64,000 bases of DNA from Geosiphon pyriformis uo1 (GCA_016748015.1 JAAOMT010000653.1:1-64000); one strand, 5' to 3'. Positions 1 through 11,779 are shown, counted from the stretch's first letter. Notes: generated from the letters alone by a model not told the origin. Numbers and translations: made by a program.

Positions 1-1140
1 TCTTGGATTACAATTCTTCTTGCTACAAATTCAACTGGATCTCACAAATTGCAACCTTTAGTAATTAAACATGCAAAAAATCCAAGATGCCTTAAAGGAA
101 TTAATACTTCCAAACTACCAGTAATTTACAAATTCAATTCCAAAGCGCGGATGCACTCAGATATATGGAAAGCATGGCTCAAATATATAAATGAAGGCTT
201 TCGAATTCAAAATCAGCACTTTTAGTTAATAATGCAACTTCTCATCATACTCAAATCGGGAAAGATTCATTCCAATTAACCAATATTACTTTGCACTATT
301 TTCCTTCAAATACTACATCACATCTTCAACCAATGGATGCTGGCATTATGAAATCTTTCAAAGGCAAATATAAGCACTTATATTGTCAACATATTTTACA
401 TCAATTTGAACAAAAAATTAATATTGAACAGTTAAGTAATATAATATATACAGTATTATTATCATTATATATTATATAATTTTATCTAATATTAATTTAT
501 TTTTTAGAAATAAATTAAACATAAAACAAGCAATTGATTATGTTTTTCAATCATGGTTTCAAGTAATATCTGTTACAATTCAAAACTGTTGGCAAAAAAC
601 GGATATTCTTTTCTATAATAAAGAATTAGAAATTCAAGAATCCGAAACATCAATTGCTATGAATATATTAAAGAATTTACCATCAATCTCGAAGATTATA
701 CTGTAGCAGTTGATGAATTATTGGCAACTGAAAATATTCTTGATGATAATGAAATTTTAGATATAGTTTTAGCTGATGCTCAAATTGAAACCAATACAAT
801 TAATGACTCAGAAGAAGAATTAGAAAAATCTCCACCTGCTATAGTTACAATTACAGAAGCATATAAAGCATTAAAAAAGGTAATTAGATTTGAAGAGCAA
901 TTAGCAGAAGAAAATTTTAGTATAGAAAACCAGAATTTACTTAGAAAAAAATTATATGAATACGAAAAAATGAAGAAAAATTCTAAAAAACAGGTAACAA
1001 TTAATCAATATTTTAATAATAATAATAATAATAATAATTGATTAATTTAATAAATAAATAAATATAGTTTATTTGATAATAATTATAAAACTCTATAATC
1101 GAACACCTCTAAAATGGAACATAATTTGCATCTCCCAACT
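1..1140 (+). mobile_element. pogo/Tigger (CENP-B/DDE_1) DNA transposon remnant, 3' part, with probable intron 431-507
   Basis: ORF 291-479 contains HYFPSNTTSHLQPMDAGIMKSFK, typical of pogo-family DDE transposases. Splicing GT431..AG507 continues into NKLNIKQAIDYVFQSW...TIQNCWQK. Acidic C-terminus ends QVTINQYF. A pogo-like subterminal repeat (ctctataatcgaacacctctaaaatggaac) lies at about 1091-1120. Confidence 0.85.
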
Positions 1141-2689
1141 AATACTTTATTCAATATTCTATTAAATTTTTTAACTAAATTATTTATTTGTGAATAATAT
1201 AATAATAATAGTGGTTTTTTACTTTAAATTTCTGATTTAATTCAGCTAATGTTTTGTTATAAAGTGGTTTTTTAATTAGATAGCAATTTTTTTGAATATT
1301 TATATTAAGTTTTGGTAAACAAATTTGGCTATTAATTTAACATTGGCTTTTTAGATTGTTTTAATTTTTGGCTATTTAATAAAATAATTTATAGCAATAG
1401 CAATATATATCTGTTATTTTTAAATATTATAATTAATAAATTAACTAAGTTAATTTTAATCTAATTAAATAATTGTTTAATTTTAATTAGTTTTAATGAT
1501 TTACTTGATCTTTTTTTTTATTAAAAAGCATTATAACTTTGTATATATTTAACTAATAATATTATTTCTTAGTTTTTTTAATTGTTAATCTATAATTAAA
1601 ATATTTTGTTGTTAGATTTAAGTATATATTAAACAAAATTGTTTTTTTCTTTTGTTTTTTTATTACTTTTAATAACTATTTGGTTTTTTTTAATTCTTTT
1701 AATATAGTATATTTTCAATAAATAAAATAATATTTAAATTAATAATGTTTTTTGTTTTGTTTATTTTGAAATAATTTTTTTAAACTATTAAATATTAAAA
1801 TACTAGTAATATAATTAGTGTTTTTTTATATTTGTTTTATTTATAACAAGTTGTTAGTATTTTTGTTTTGTTTTTTTTATAATGTATTTTGTATTTAAAT
1901 TATATTATTTACTATTTTTTGGTAGTAATATTAAATTTTTGTGGTTAATATAAACATTAAATAGTTTGTTAAGATATTTTTTTTATTTTATAACTGTTTA
2001 ATAAATTTTTAAGTGTTTTAATATTGGAATTTTATAGTTTTATTTAATTAGACTTAAGTTTTTGCTAATTTATACTACTAAATATTTTTATTCATTTGAT
2101 TTTTATTATAATAGTACTGCTTTTAATACTGTTTTAAATGTATTAATTGTAATTAAAAATGATTTGTTATAGTTTAAATAAACTAAAATTAAAGTTTTAA
2201 TTAGTTTTTGTTTTAAATTTTTAAAAGTTTTCTATTATTTATTTATCTATTTATAACTAATATTTTTGTTTGTAATTAATATATAGCTGAATTATTATCA
2301 ATAAATTATTATTAATATTCAGCTAATTTCAAAAAAAAAAATTGGTTTTATTAAATTTTAAGATCTTAAAAAATTTTTTACTTTTTAATTTTATTTAGAT
2401 TAATCTTAATACTGTTTTTATTAATTATATATTTGAAAAATTTAAGCTGTTTTTTCAAAAAAACATTTGTTAACATTAAGTTTTAATTTAATTTATTAAA
2501 ATTTTTTAAATACTTATTGTAAATAATAAAAATATTTATTAAAAATCTTAAAAAATATATTAATATTATTTATATAAATAATTACTAATTTTTATAATAT
2601 ATTTAAATATACAATTTTCATTAGTTATTGAAATATTATTGGTGTTATTACAAAATAATTTTCTTAATATATTAAATATCAATTGTTTT
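1141..2689 (-). mobile_element. Extremely AT-eroded fossil, probably Ty3/Gypsy gag region
   Basis: No ORFs and near-total loss of G/C. T-rich plus strand with the same strand bias as minus-strand gag regions elsewhere in the window. Confidence 0.4.
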
Positions 2690-3847
2690 ATGTTGGATAA
2701 AGAGGTGTCATATTTTCAATCTTATTAGGAAAAAAGACCTTAGTGTAAGTTGAGTTAAGGTTAAGGGACATTCTGGTGTTTATGGTAATATTAAAGCTAA
2801 TTCTGCTGCTGGTACTGCTACTCGTTCTCAATTTTTTATACTTGCAAGAGTATGGGAACACTTTTTAAAGGCAGATGGCATGGTTTTGTCTGACAATGCC
2901 CATCATTTTGCTAGAGACTTACACAGGTCTGTTTGCCATATATGCTGGGAAGCTGGTTCTGGCTGTGATGTGATTCCGGGTGAGCTGGTAGGATGTGTGA
3001 ACTGGACAGCTACCTCAATAGTGTGGTATTCAGATTCGCATATGCTTGTTGGTTTTACTAGTCAAAAGTCTTTTGGTCTGCAGTCATATCTGATGAAAGC
3101 TGTTCACTGCCACCTACCAGTGGCAGTCCGAAAAAAGTTGTATGACAAAAAGTATCCTGGTGTGCTTTGCTTGCTGTGCAGTAAGATGGAGTTGTCTGAT
3201 CATGTCTTTTCATGCATTTTGGATGTCAACATTCAGAAGGAGATTTTGGCTGAGGCTTCTGCTTTGTGGGTCTCCCTGTTGGATCCTTGTTTTTTGACAC
3301 CTTCTGCCACTTTGATGTTTCTTGATAGTTGTTCTTCAGATGTTGGTCTCTACTTGGTTTTGTGTAAGGGTTTTGTAATGTTGGACTGGTGTCTTGAGGC
3401 TATTGGTGCTTTCAAGGACAAGAGGTAAACTGTTAGTGTTGTTGTAGATTTTGTTAAGGGTGTGGTAGAGCTGCATTATACTAAAGTCTGGTTGATTAGA
3501 TCTAAGCATAGGGTGGATATGGAAAGAGCTGGTTTGGTTAGAGATGGTAGGTTGGTGTCTGGTCTGTCTTGTCATGTAGCTTCTGCTTTGTCAGATAGTA
3601 TTATTAGATTACTTGGCATTTTGGAGTCTTTTGCTGTTAGTTTTGGCCATCGTTGGGCTTGTTTGTTCTTTTTTGGCTTGAATTTTAACCTGTGGGTTGT
3701 TATAAGTGTGTAGTAATGCCTTGTCTGGCCTGAGTGGCTAGCCACATATAGAAAGTGCGTGAATCATGTTTAGTTTGGGCCTCTTAGTTTGGCTCTATGT
3801 ACTAGATAGTGATTGGACTTCACTCTTTAAATGCATATAAAAAAAAA
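2690..3847 (+). mobile_element. 5'-truncated LINE (LINE-0): RNase H end, CCHC finger, 3' UTR, poly(A)
   Basis: VKVKGHSGVYGN (RNase H) at about 2754. CLLCSKMELSDHVFSC in ORF 2880-3428. Stop at 3713, 3' UTR homologous to the other LINEs, A-tail at about 3839-3847. Confidence 0.9.
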
Positions 3848-4374
3848 TATATATATCAATATATTTATTTTAATTACAATTAGTTTTTTATGAATTCTTT
3901 AATTTTATTTGTGTAATAATATTAATATTATGCTAAAAACTTTTTTTTAATATTGTAATACAAATTATTTTTTAATTTTTGATTATTATATATATTTATG
4001 TACTTTTTTTTAAAGACTAAATTAAAATTTATTTGTTGTCTTAAAGTTTTTTTTGAGACTATTTTTGTAATTGCTTAAAGTATTTTTCTAATTTAAAAAC
4101 ACAGAATTTAATAGTCTTTAATATTTTTTTTAATTTTTACAATAAGTTTTTATTAATTAATAATAATATAAATAATTTTGAGCAAAATTATTTATTCAAG
4201 AAATCTAATTAATAAATAATAGTTTTATTTAATAAATAACACAAATAGATTTTTTAATACTTTTAATTATAATAATTTAGTTTTTAATATTATTTTTTAT
4301 TTATTTTTAAAAGTTTTTTTAAATATTTATTAAAAGTAAAAACTAAAATAAAAAATTAAAAGCTAACAAATAGT
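3848..4374 (-). mobile_element. AT-eroded Ty3/Gypsy fossil; likely host of LINE-1 and LINE-2, continuing at 24917-25522 and 32361-32850
   Basis: AT-rich with no ORF. The segment at 24930-25020 retains a decayed gag zinc-knuckle-like remnant on the minus strand. Confidence 0.4.
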
Positions 4375-4985
4375 TTTTTTTTTTATTACGTTTAATAAAT
4401 GAGATCCAAATACGGCCTAGTACCATACATCATATAAATAATCTAAATTAGGTGCAAATCATGCATTATCAACATGTGACCAGCCACTCAGACTGATCAG
4501 AGCAATACTATACACTTATATTAACAAAGACCAAGTCACTAATACCTGAAAAAAACAAATAAGATTTATAAAACCCAAAATCAACACCCAAAGCATCTGC
4601 AATTCCCAACAACCTAATCACACTAGCCAAAAACACTAAAGAAAGGCTAGCAACTGAAATGGGAATAGAACCATTACATAGAATCAGATTGTTTTTCTTC
4701 ATAAAAGTCTAGTATTTGGTACAAACCAACCAAATATCTTTCTGAAAAGCAAGACAAAGCTCATGCACAAAACTCACAATATTGAGACTTGCAATTTTCG
4801 AGTTCTTAAAAACAGCAACAGATTTATGGTATCATTCATTGAAAACAAAACTCTTACACAGAGCAGAGCCAACTCTTATGTCAGCAGCACAAGTGGCCAA
4901 CAACTGCACAATACACAAAAAAAAACAAGACAAACCAGAACACACCAATCAAGCAGAAGCATGAACATTTAACAGCCAAGTGCAT

Positions 4986-5819
4986 TGTTACAGGTAATTA
5001 TTTCTGCAGTTGAATTGAATAACAAACCCATAACTTGGTGCTCAAAAGCTACTTCTGTTGATGATGTTCTGTAAATGTTGTATCTGAAGATTTTGCTGGA
5101 GTCCTTTATATAATGAACAGAGATTCAATAGTGTTGATAGTAGATGTATCTTTCCAAGAGTTTTCCCAATTTTTTTCTCAGTGTGGTGGCCAGATTTAGT
5201 CTAGTAGTTGTGTCTTTCTAATAAGTTATCTGATAATATATAAAATCCTACCCTTATTTCTGGGTCTTTTACCAGGCTATTTTTGACGTCAATAACTCAG
5301 TGCTTAATCTTATAATCAATTAGTATACAACAATAAAATCAAAGAAAGAAAGAAAATAAAATAAAGAAAAGAAAATAAAAAGAAATAGAGAAAATAAGCC
5401 AAGGCAATTTGGTACATTAGTATCTTGTCAATAGCCATAATCAAGAACTATTGTTCTAGCGTAGTTAAGTATCAATTACTATCAACATGAAGTGTTGATA
5501 GAGAGGAGTAGATTGAGATATGAAATAATAATTTATTTGATGATTGTGTTTTTGAGCTATGGATTCTGTCATCTCAATTCTGTCTTTTTTGTTTCTAATC
5601 CTATTGCTATATATATATAATTGAGATTCCTTAATTCCTCGATTCTTTACGACAGGAATCCTGGAATTCTGGAATCCTGCAATTCTTCATTGGAGAATTC
5701 TGAAATTCCTGGAATCCTGCAATTCCTGAGAGGAATCCTGGAATTCCACATTTTACTACACCTACTTCTGATTGGCTAATAATCATGCTAATATATTTCC
5801 TATATTTCTATGAGTAACA
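4986..5819 (-). repeat. 3' LTR of element A (834 bp)
   Basis: Direct repeat of 14161-14977. Contains a ggaatcctggaattct tandem array at about 5655-5745 whose copy number differs between the two LTRs. Confidence 0.95.
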
Positions 5820-5834
5820 TTATTCCCTCCTTTT
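5820..5834 (-). promoter_or_regulatory. Polypurine tract of element A
   Basis: Minus strand reads AAAAGGAGGGAATAA immediately before the 3' LTR TGT. Confidence 0.85.
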
Positions 5835-6462
5835 AATATTGAGCTCCATTGAAATCCAACCCATTTAATTCTCCCTCTTGAAGTATTTCCTAGATTTTGT
5901 TTTCGAGAATTACTTGTGTTATTTGGGTTTGTAATTCTTCAAATTAAGCATTGGTGATCTTTCCCAATTGATTACTGGTAACCATATCCATTGTTTTGCT
6001 AAGCAATATTTCTGGTCTATCCTGAAATGCTGTGTGTATTCAGTATATGGCTCAGGCCTGTGTGGATAAGTTGTTCTTTCTCACAAAATGTTCTAATTGT
6101 TGTAGTATTCTTTTGTCAAATAATCACTTTGTTTTATCCATATATAGATTCTGGATATTTACATGTTGTTCCAAGTAAAAATAACAATAGTTTCGTGAAA
6201 ATTGTTGTTTCCACCAATTCCAAGTTTCTTTAGTCAATTCTTGATATAGTGACTTTTTTGTCAACTCTTTTATTGCTAATTTTACTTTCACAATGATTTT
6301 GTCCATGGTATTTTCAGTTTTTTTCTGTGTTCTAAGTTGCAATGTCTTTCTAGTATCTTGATATCGAATGGTTTATTGATTGATTGTAATCTCCATTTCC
6401 TGGTGTTGGATTAATTGAAAAAGTTGTTGTGTTAGTGAGTAAATGTTGTCTGTAATTTCCAT
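5833..6462 (-). pseudogene. Accessory ORF3 (209 aa) between integrase and PPT of element A, unknown function
   Basis: One frame from ATG 6462 (MEITDNIYSLTQQLFQLIQ) to TAA 5833 (LDFNGAQY*) with no frameshift. All six internal stops are explicable as single C>T changes from CAA/CAG/CGA. A homologous N-terminus is present at 39883. Confidence 0.8.
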
Positions 6463-6511
6463 TTTTCTGATATTTCCTGTTGCGTCTATTCTGTCTTTAT
6501 ATATTCTTTTA

Positions 6512-7900
6512 ATGGATCAATTTAATGTGTTGTCAATAATAATAATTGGTTCCAGATCTTGTGGAATCTCATCTAGTTGGACTAATATTCTCTGTATTCC
6601 TAATTGTGGAATATTACTGGTAAATGGTAGTGTGATGTTGTGATATGATTTCAGTCGATCTCCATGTGCTGCTTTGGTTAAAATTTTGTTATCCAATCTT
6701 AATTTGTAAGCTCCATTTCTTAGAATTTCTTCTATGTGAAATGGTCCATCCCATTTGGGATCAAATTTTCTATTCCATTGTTTTTCCGCTTTGGTATGAT
6801 GTAGTAATACTTTGTCTTCAATCTTGAATTTAATTGGTTTGTTTGGCAGTTGACTATTGTGTCTTTCTTTCTGTTTTTTTTGTGACTTTTGAATATTATC
6901 AGCTGCTCTTCTTTATTTGTTTTCCAATGTTTCCATTAAGTCATATGTTCTTCTCAGCAATGTTTCTTGAAAATTTTCTTCTGTTATTGGTTCAGCTGGA
7001 TATGTATTAATTTCTTTCTCTACTGGTAATGTTGCTGTTCTCCCATACACTAATTCAAATGGTGTTGCTTGTGTAGTATCTTGTTTCATTGTTCGATAAG
7101 CAAATAGTATTGATGATATAAACAAATCCCAATCATTCTGGTTTTCTTGGCTGAGCTTAGCTATTGCTTCACACAATATTCTGTTGAATCTTTTTACTAA
7201 TCTGTTGGTTTGTGGATGGTATAGTGATGATAATAGTCTCTTGATTCCGAATCTTTGGCTCAATTCTGTTAATGTTCTGTTCACAAAATGAGTTCCTTGG
7301 TCTGATAATAATTCTTTTGAACATCCATGTTGACAAATCAAATCCTAATAAACAAATTCGGCAACTGATTCTGCATTCGCTCTTTGAATTGCTTTCACCT
7401 CTGGCCATTTAAGTCCATAGTTACTGCTATGTATCTGTTTCCTCTGCTGGTGATTGTTAATGATCTGACTAAATTAATTCCAATACAGTCGAATGGTTGT
7501 CCCACTTTGATTGGTCTTAATGGTTCACTGGGTCTTGTTCCTTCTCTTTGCTAACAAGCATCACAATTTTGAACATATTGAATGATGTCTGAGTACATTG
7601 ATGGCCAATAGTATCTCTTTCTGGTTCTTTCTATGGTTGCTTCTTTGTGAAAATGTCCTGCTGTTGGATTTGAGTGCATGTTGAATAATATTGTCTTTTT
7701 TTCTGGCTCTGTAATTACTTTGGTTGGTTAATCTGGATCCTTTCTATTTTTCTGATAAAGTATATTTTGGTGAGTGATAAAATATTTTAATTGTTGTTTG
7801 ATACTCTTTTATTCTGTTTGAGATAAATTTTCCTTGAACTGTTGAGTGGTTATATAATGTTGAAGTTGTTGATATTTTTGTATGTTCATCTTTTGTTGTA
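6512..7900 (-). pseudogene. Integrase of element A (HHCC, rve core, C-terminal GPY/F-SH3-like tail)
   Basis: LLSDQGTHF...YHPQTNRLVKRFNR in ORF 6913-7341. H..P.AGH and YYWP motifs at about 7560-7680. KWDGPFHI tail at about 6740-6760. Confidence 0.92.
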
Positions 7901-7959
7901 TTTTTTGTTGGTATTGTTCTGGTTTTGTTATATTTTTGTGTTAAAATGTTCTTAGATTT

Positions 7960-9230
7960 GTCTCATTCGCGACAAACTGTCGGCATTTCCATTGTCTTTT
8001 CCTTTCTTATAGTGTATAGTATAAGTATATTATGATAGTGTTATTTTCCATCTAAATTGGCAGCCATCATCAAATTTTTGCTTTTAAAGTGACATTAATC
8101 CTTTATGATCCATGTATATATCAAACTTTTGGCTCAAGTATTCATTCCACTTCATGACTGCCCAATAGATTGCTAAATGTTCTAATTCTGGTGTTCCATA
8201 GTTTTTTTTGGCTGCCATCTAGTCTTTTTTAAGATAGTACTGCTTCCAATGCTTGGCTGGATACATCAGTAATGATAATGAATGGTTTGTTGTGATTTGG
8301 GTAGATCAGTACTGAAGTTTGAATGAGCTTTTTTTTCAGAATATCAAAAGCTTCTTGTTGACTTTCTGTCCATTCATATTTGGTATTCTTGGTTTGCAGA
8401 TTATTGAGTGGTTGAGCTATCTTTAAAAAGTTCTTTATAAAGCATCAATAATAGCTTGCGAATCCCAAGAATGATTTCAATTCAGTCACATTGGTTGGTA
8501 CTGGAAAGTTCTTTACTATTTCTATTTTCTCTGGATCTGTTTTGATGTCATCTTTACTGACTATGTGTTCCAAGAATTTTAGTTTTGTTTTGCCGAAGAA
8601 GCACTTCGTTGTATTTAACTTTAGTCCTGCTTTTCTTAATCTTTCAAACACTTGTTGAAGATGATGATCGAATGTTTTTGAGAACACATTGGTGTCATCC
8701 AGGTATACAACTACTGATTTCTACAATAAGCCAGTATAAACGATTTCCATTAGCCGTTGAAAAATGGCTGGAGCATTGGTTAAGCCAAATGGCATCACTT
8801 CAAATTTGAAATTTCCTTTTCTAGTGGTAAATGCTGTCTTTTCTTTGTCAGCTGGATTCATGGCTACTTGTCAATAACCATTGTCCAAGTCTAATGTTGA
8901 GAACCATTTGTTTCTACCAAAAGCGTCAAATAGTTTTTATATCCATGGAGTTGGATAGCTGTCTCCATGAGTTACATTATTTAGTTTTCTGTAGTTCACA
9001 CAAAATCGGATCTTTCCATTCTTCTTTTGGACAAGTACTACTGGTAATGACCATGGGCTTATTGATGGCTGAATTAACCCATTGTCAAGTATTCGGTTAA
9101 TCTTTTGATGGATGATTTCATGGCTGGCTAGTGGTACTCTGTATGCTTGCTGTTTGATGGGCATTGTATCTCCAGTATTGATTTGATGTTGGATGATGTC
9201 AGTTCTGCCAAACTTGTTTTCGCTGACAAA
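7960..9230 (-). pseudogene. Reverse transcriptase and partly deleted RNase H of element A
   Basis: SPWSLPVVLVQKKNGKIRFCVNYRKLN, MPFGLTNAPA, VYLDD at about 8695-8710, ELKSFLGFASYY, TDVSSQALEAVL. Confidence 0.93.
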
Positions 9231-9662
9231 GATGTCATTGAAATTGTTGAGTAATATCTTGAGCTGCATATGTTGTAGTGGGTCTAGATTTCCCATGTTT
9301 ATTTGCTCTAATTGTTCTGGTTGAAGCAAATAACATTTGTCTTGTCCATAGATTGTTTGTGATGTAATATCGACATATCCACAAAGCTGTGGAAAGTTTG
9401 GAATGGGATTTGGTGGTTGATTCTCTATTTCAGTGTTTAAGTATCCCATGGTGGTTCCAGCTGGTATTACTATAACATTTTCTGTGTTGTTGTAGATGAG
9501 AATTTTGATGTGACTGTAATTTTTAGCTGGTATGTGGAGATTGATGAGTCCAATCTCTTCTGATTTGCAAAGGGTCAGTTCTGCTTCAAATATTTGATTC
9601 TGTTTTTTTTCTTTTTTTTCTATTGCTAGCATGTACTGGCTATATAATAGAATAGAAATAGC

Positions 9663-10160
9663 TTAACTGGTTGAGATAATTTCCCCTTGGCTAACAATTT
9701 CTGCTTCCACCATATTAACAGGTATCTTTATTCTACCCATTGATCCAAATCTTTGTATTCTTCTTGCTGTTATCCCTAATTCCTCTCTATTTTCCACTGA
9801 TACTAACTGTGCTATTTTCACCAGAGGCAGGAATATTGTCTGTGCTATTTTTTCATTTGGCTCCATGATATAGGCCTTTTTAGAGTCATTTTGTAGCATA
9901 GCAATAATATTTTCTATATATCCTGTGTCAATTATTTCTCCTCTTATATTAATCCCTCTTTTTGCTAAACTACTCCTAGATGCTAGTTGAACCATTGTTG
10001 TTGCCAGAATTTCTAGTGCTATTTTCAGATCAATGCAGGTGCGTGAATGTGGTTTCAATTTGATGGCCTCTTTTCCTGGATACCTTAAATTAAACCCTGC
10101 ATCAGTATCATGTGCATGTTCTGGCATAATACCTTCCCCATTGTCATTATACCATTTCAA
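9663..10160 (-). pseudogene. dUTPase domain within pol of element A
   Basis: All five trimeric dUTPase motifs in order: DAGFNL, SRSSLA, IIDTGYIENI, KIAQTIF, RRIQRFGSMG (decayed RGxxGFGSTG). Confidence 0.93.
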
Positions 10161-10379
10161 CTCTTGTTCCTTGGAGAGATCTGGTAGTGCAATATATTGT
10201 TCATAGTTTAAATTGGAGTTTGAATCTAAGTTGGAATCGGTATCGTTGTTGTTGCCATATTAAACAGAGCTGGAACCGGTGTTTTTGTCGTCATCATTGT
10301 CGGAGTTTGAATCAGAATTGAAAATTAATTCTGATTCTAATGCACATCTGCTGATTGGTTCTTTCTTTTCAGGAATCAT

Positions 10380-11033
10380 ATAGATTATGTGTGGTGGTGG
10401 ATTGTAAATGAGGTCACATTCATCACAATACTGGAAGTCACAGGGAATTAGGCAGTGTTAACATAGTCGAGCATTCAACTGCTCTAACCATTGTTTTTGT
10501 TTTTCCCTTGTGGGTGTTAATTCTTGGTAATGTTCATGGAATTGTTCCAGATCCAAGAGATTTATGATGGGTTCTGTGTCCCAGTCAAGCTCTAAAGGTT
10601 CTGGGGGGTTGTTTTTGATCGTTTTTATTTCCTCAGGCAACACCTCTTCAATTTTGGCAAGTGCTATTCGCCAAATTTTGTCATTGTCATGTGGACAACT
10701 GTTCAGTCACTGCACGGCTCTTCTCTAGGCTGCTTCTATTGAGGTTCCTTTCCTTACCCAGTTGCTTATTAGAATTGTATATTGACATGATATGTTACAT
10801 GTTTTTCCACATCCTAGAATGTTATTCCACATCTCTTTATCCAGCAGAATCTCCCCACAAGCAAGACAAGATTAGTTATCCCATTTTCCTTGCCTCTTTG
10901 GTCATTCAAAGCATTCGAGTAAGCATGGACAACAGTAGAACTTTGTTGTAGTGTGGTATTTCTTATCGTCACCACAGTATGCACCCATTGATGACAGTTT
11001 CTTACTGCAATCGACACATACAAGCCTTGGCCG
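10380..11033 (-). pseudogene. Cys-rich putative multi-zinc-binding domain between protease and dUTPase
   Basis: In the pol frame: CVDC...CCPC, CLAC...CNISC, LC*HC...YCDEC. Confidence 0.7.
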
Positions 11034-11369
11034 TCAATAATTGGATTGTTGTGGAGTGTGGTGGGTGTAGGAATTATAAATGGCAGTGGTTGGTGGCATT
11101 CTTTCTTCCTTTTCTTTTCCTTTTCCCTTATCTTCGTTCCATTCCCAACTTGAGGCTTCTTCTTGTTCATTGTCAATCCAAGTCAGATCGTCAGTTTTCC
11201 AGGTAAATTCGTTTGTTTGCTTTTCTTTTCCATTGTCATCCCAAGAGAGTATTGGTGGCAGCTTGTTGTGCTCTTTATCAGCCCATAACACTTGGTAGGC
11301 TTCTCAGGTAGGTTTTGGTTTCTCTTTCTCGAAGTCGATAAGTGGTGCCATGGTGTTGGTAGCCTTAAA

Positions 11370-11770
11370 GTGGCCACATATTGCTGGTACTCACGTGTGT
11401 TGCCTGTTCTGGCTGAGTTGAAGCTCTTGAGTATTCCAGTCCAGAGCAGCGTTCGTCTTAGACAGCCAGTCATTACCAACTAGAGCTTGGTATTGGGTGG
11501 CTTTCATGACAAATACTTTGATTGGTACTATGATGCTGTTAATTTTGATTGGTAAGTCATCAATTTCACTGATTGGAGTTTTGGTTGCTCCATCAGCCAT
11601 AATGATTCTGGCACTAGCAGTTCAATTAACTCAGTGACCTAATTGATCCATAAGTTGTCATGTGATGATGCTGTTTGCTGAACCACTGTTAAGAATTAGT
11701 TTGATGGGATGGCCATCAATTTTTGCATCAGTGTACATAGCAATAATTGGCTTTTCTTCTAGTGCAGCTC
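11370..11770 (-). pseudogene. Aspartic protease of element A
   Basis: KLILNSGSANSII (decayed LDSG catalytic motif) and ALVGNDWL. Confidence 0.88.
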
Positions 11771-11779
11771 TACTGAATA

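Noticed and set aside
2665-3865. TSDs for LINE-0 (and for LINE-1)
   Set aside because: Only loose AT-rich similarity; not distinguishable from chance.
5655-5745. Short repeat arrays in LTRs (also 22176-22250 and 57732-57875) as CRISPR-like
   Set aside because: No unique equal-length spacers and no cas genes; these are ordinary U3-type tandem motifs.
5833-6462. ORF3 as an envelope gene
   Set aside because: Only 209 aa, with no signal peptide, furin site or transmembrane anchor visible.
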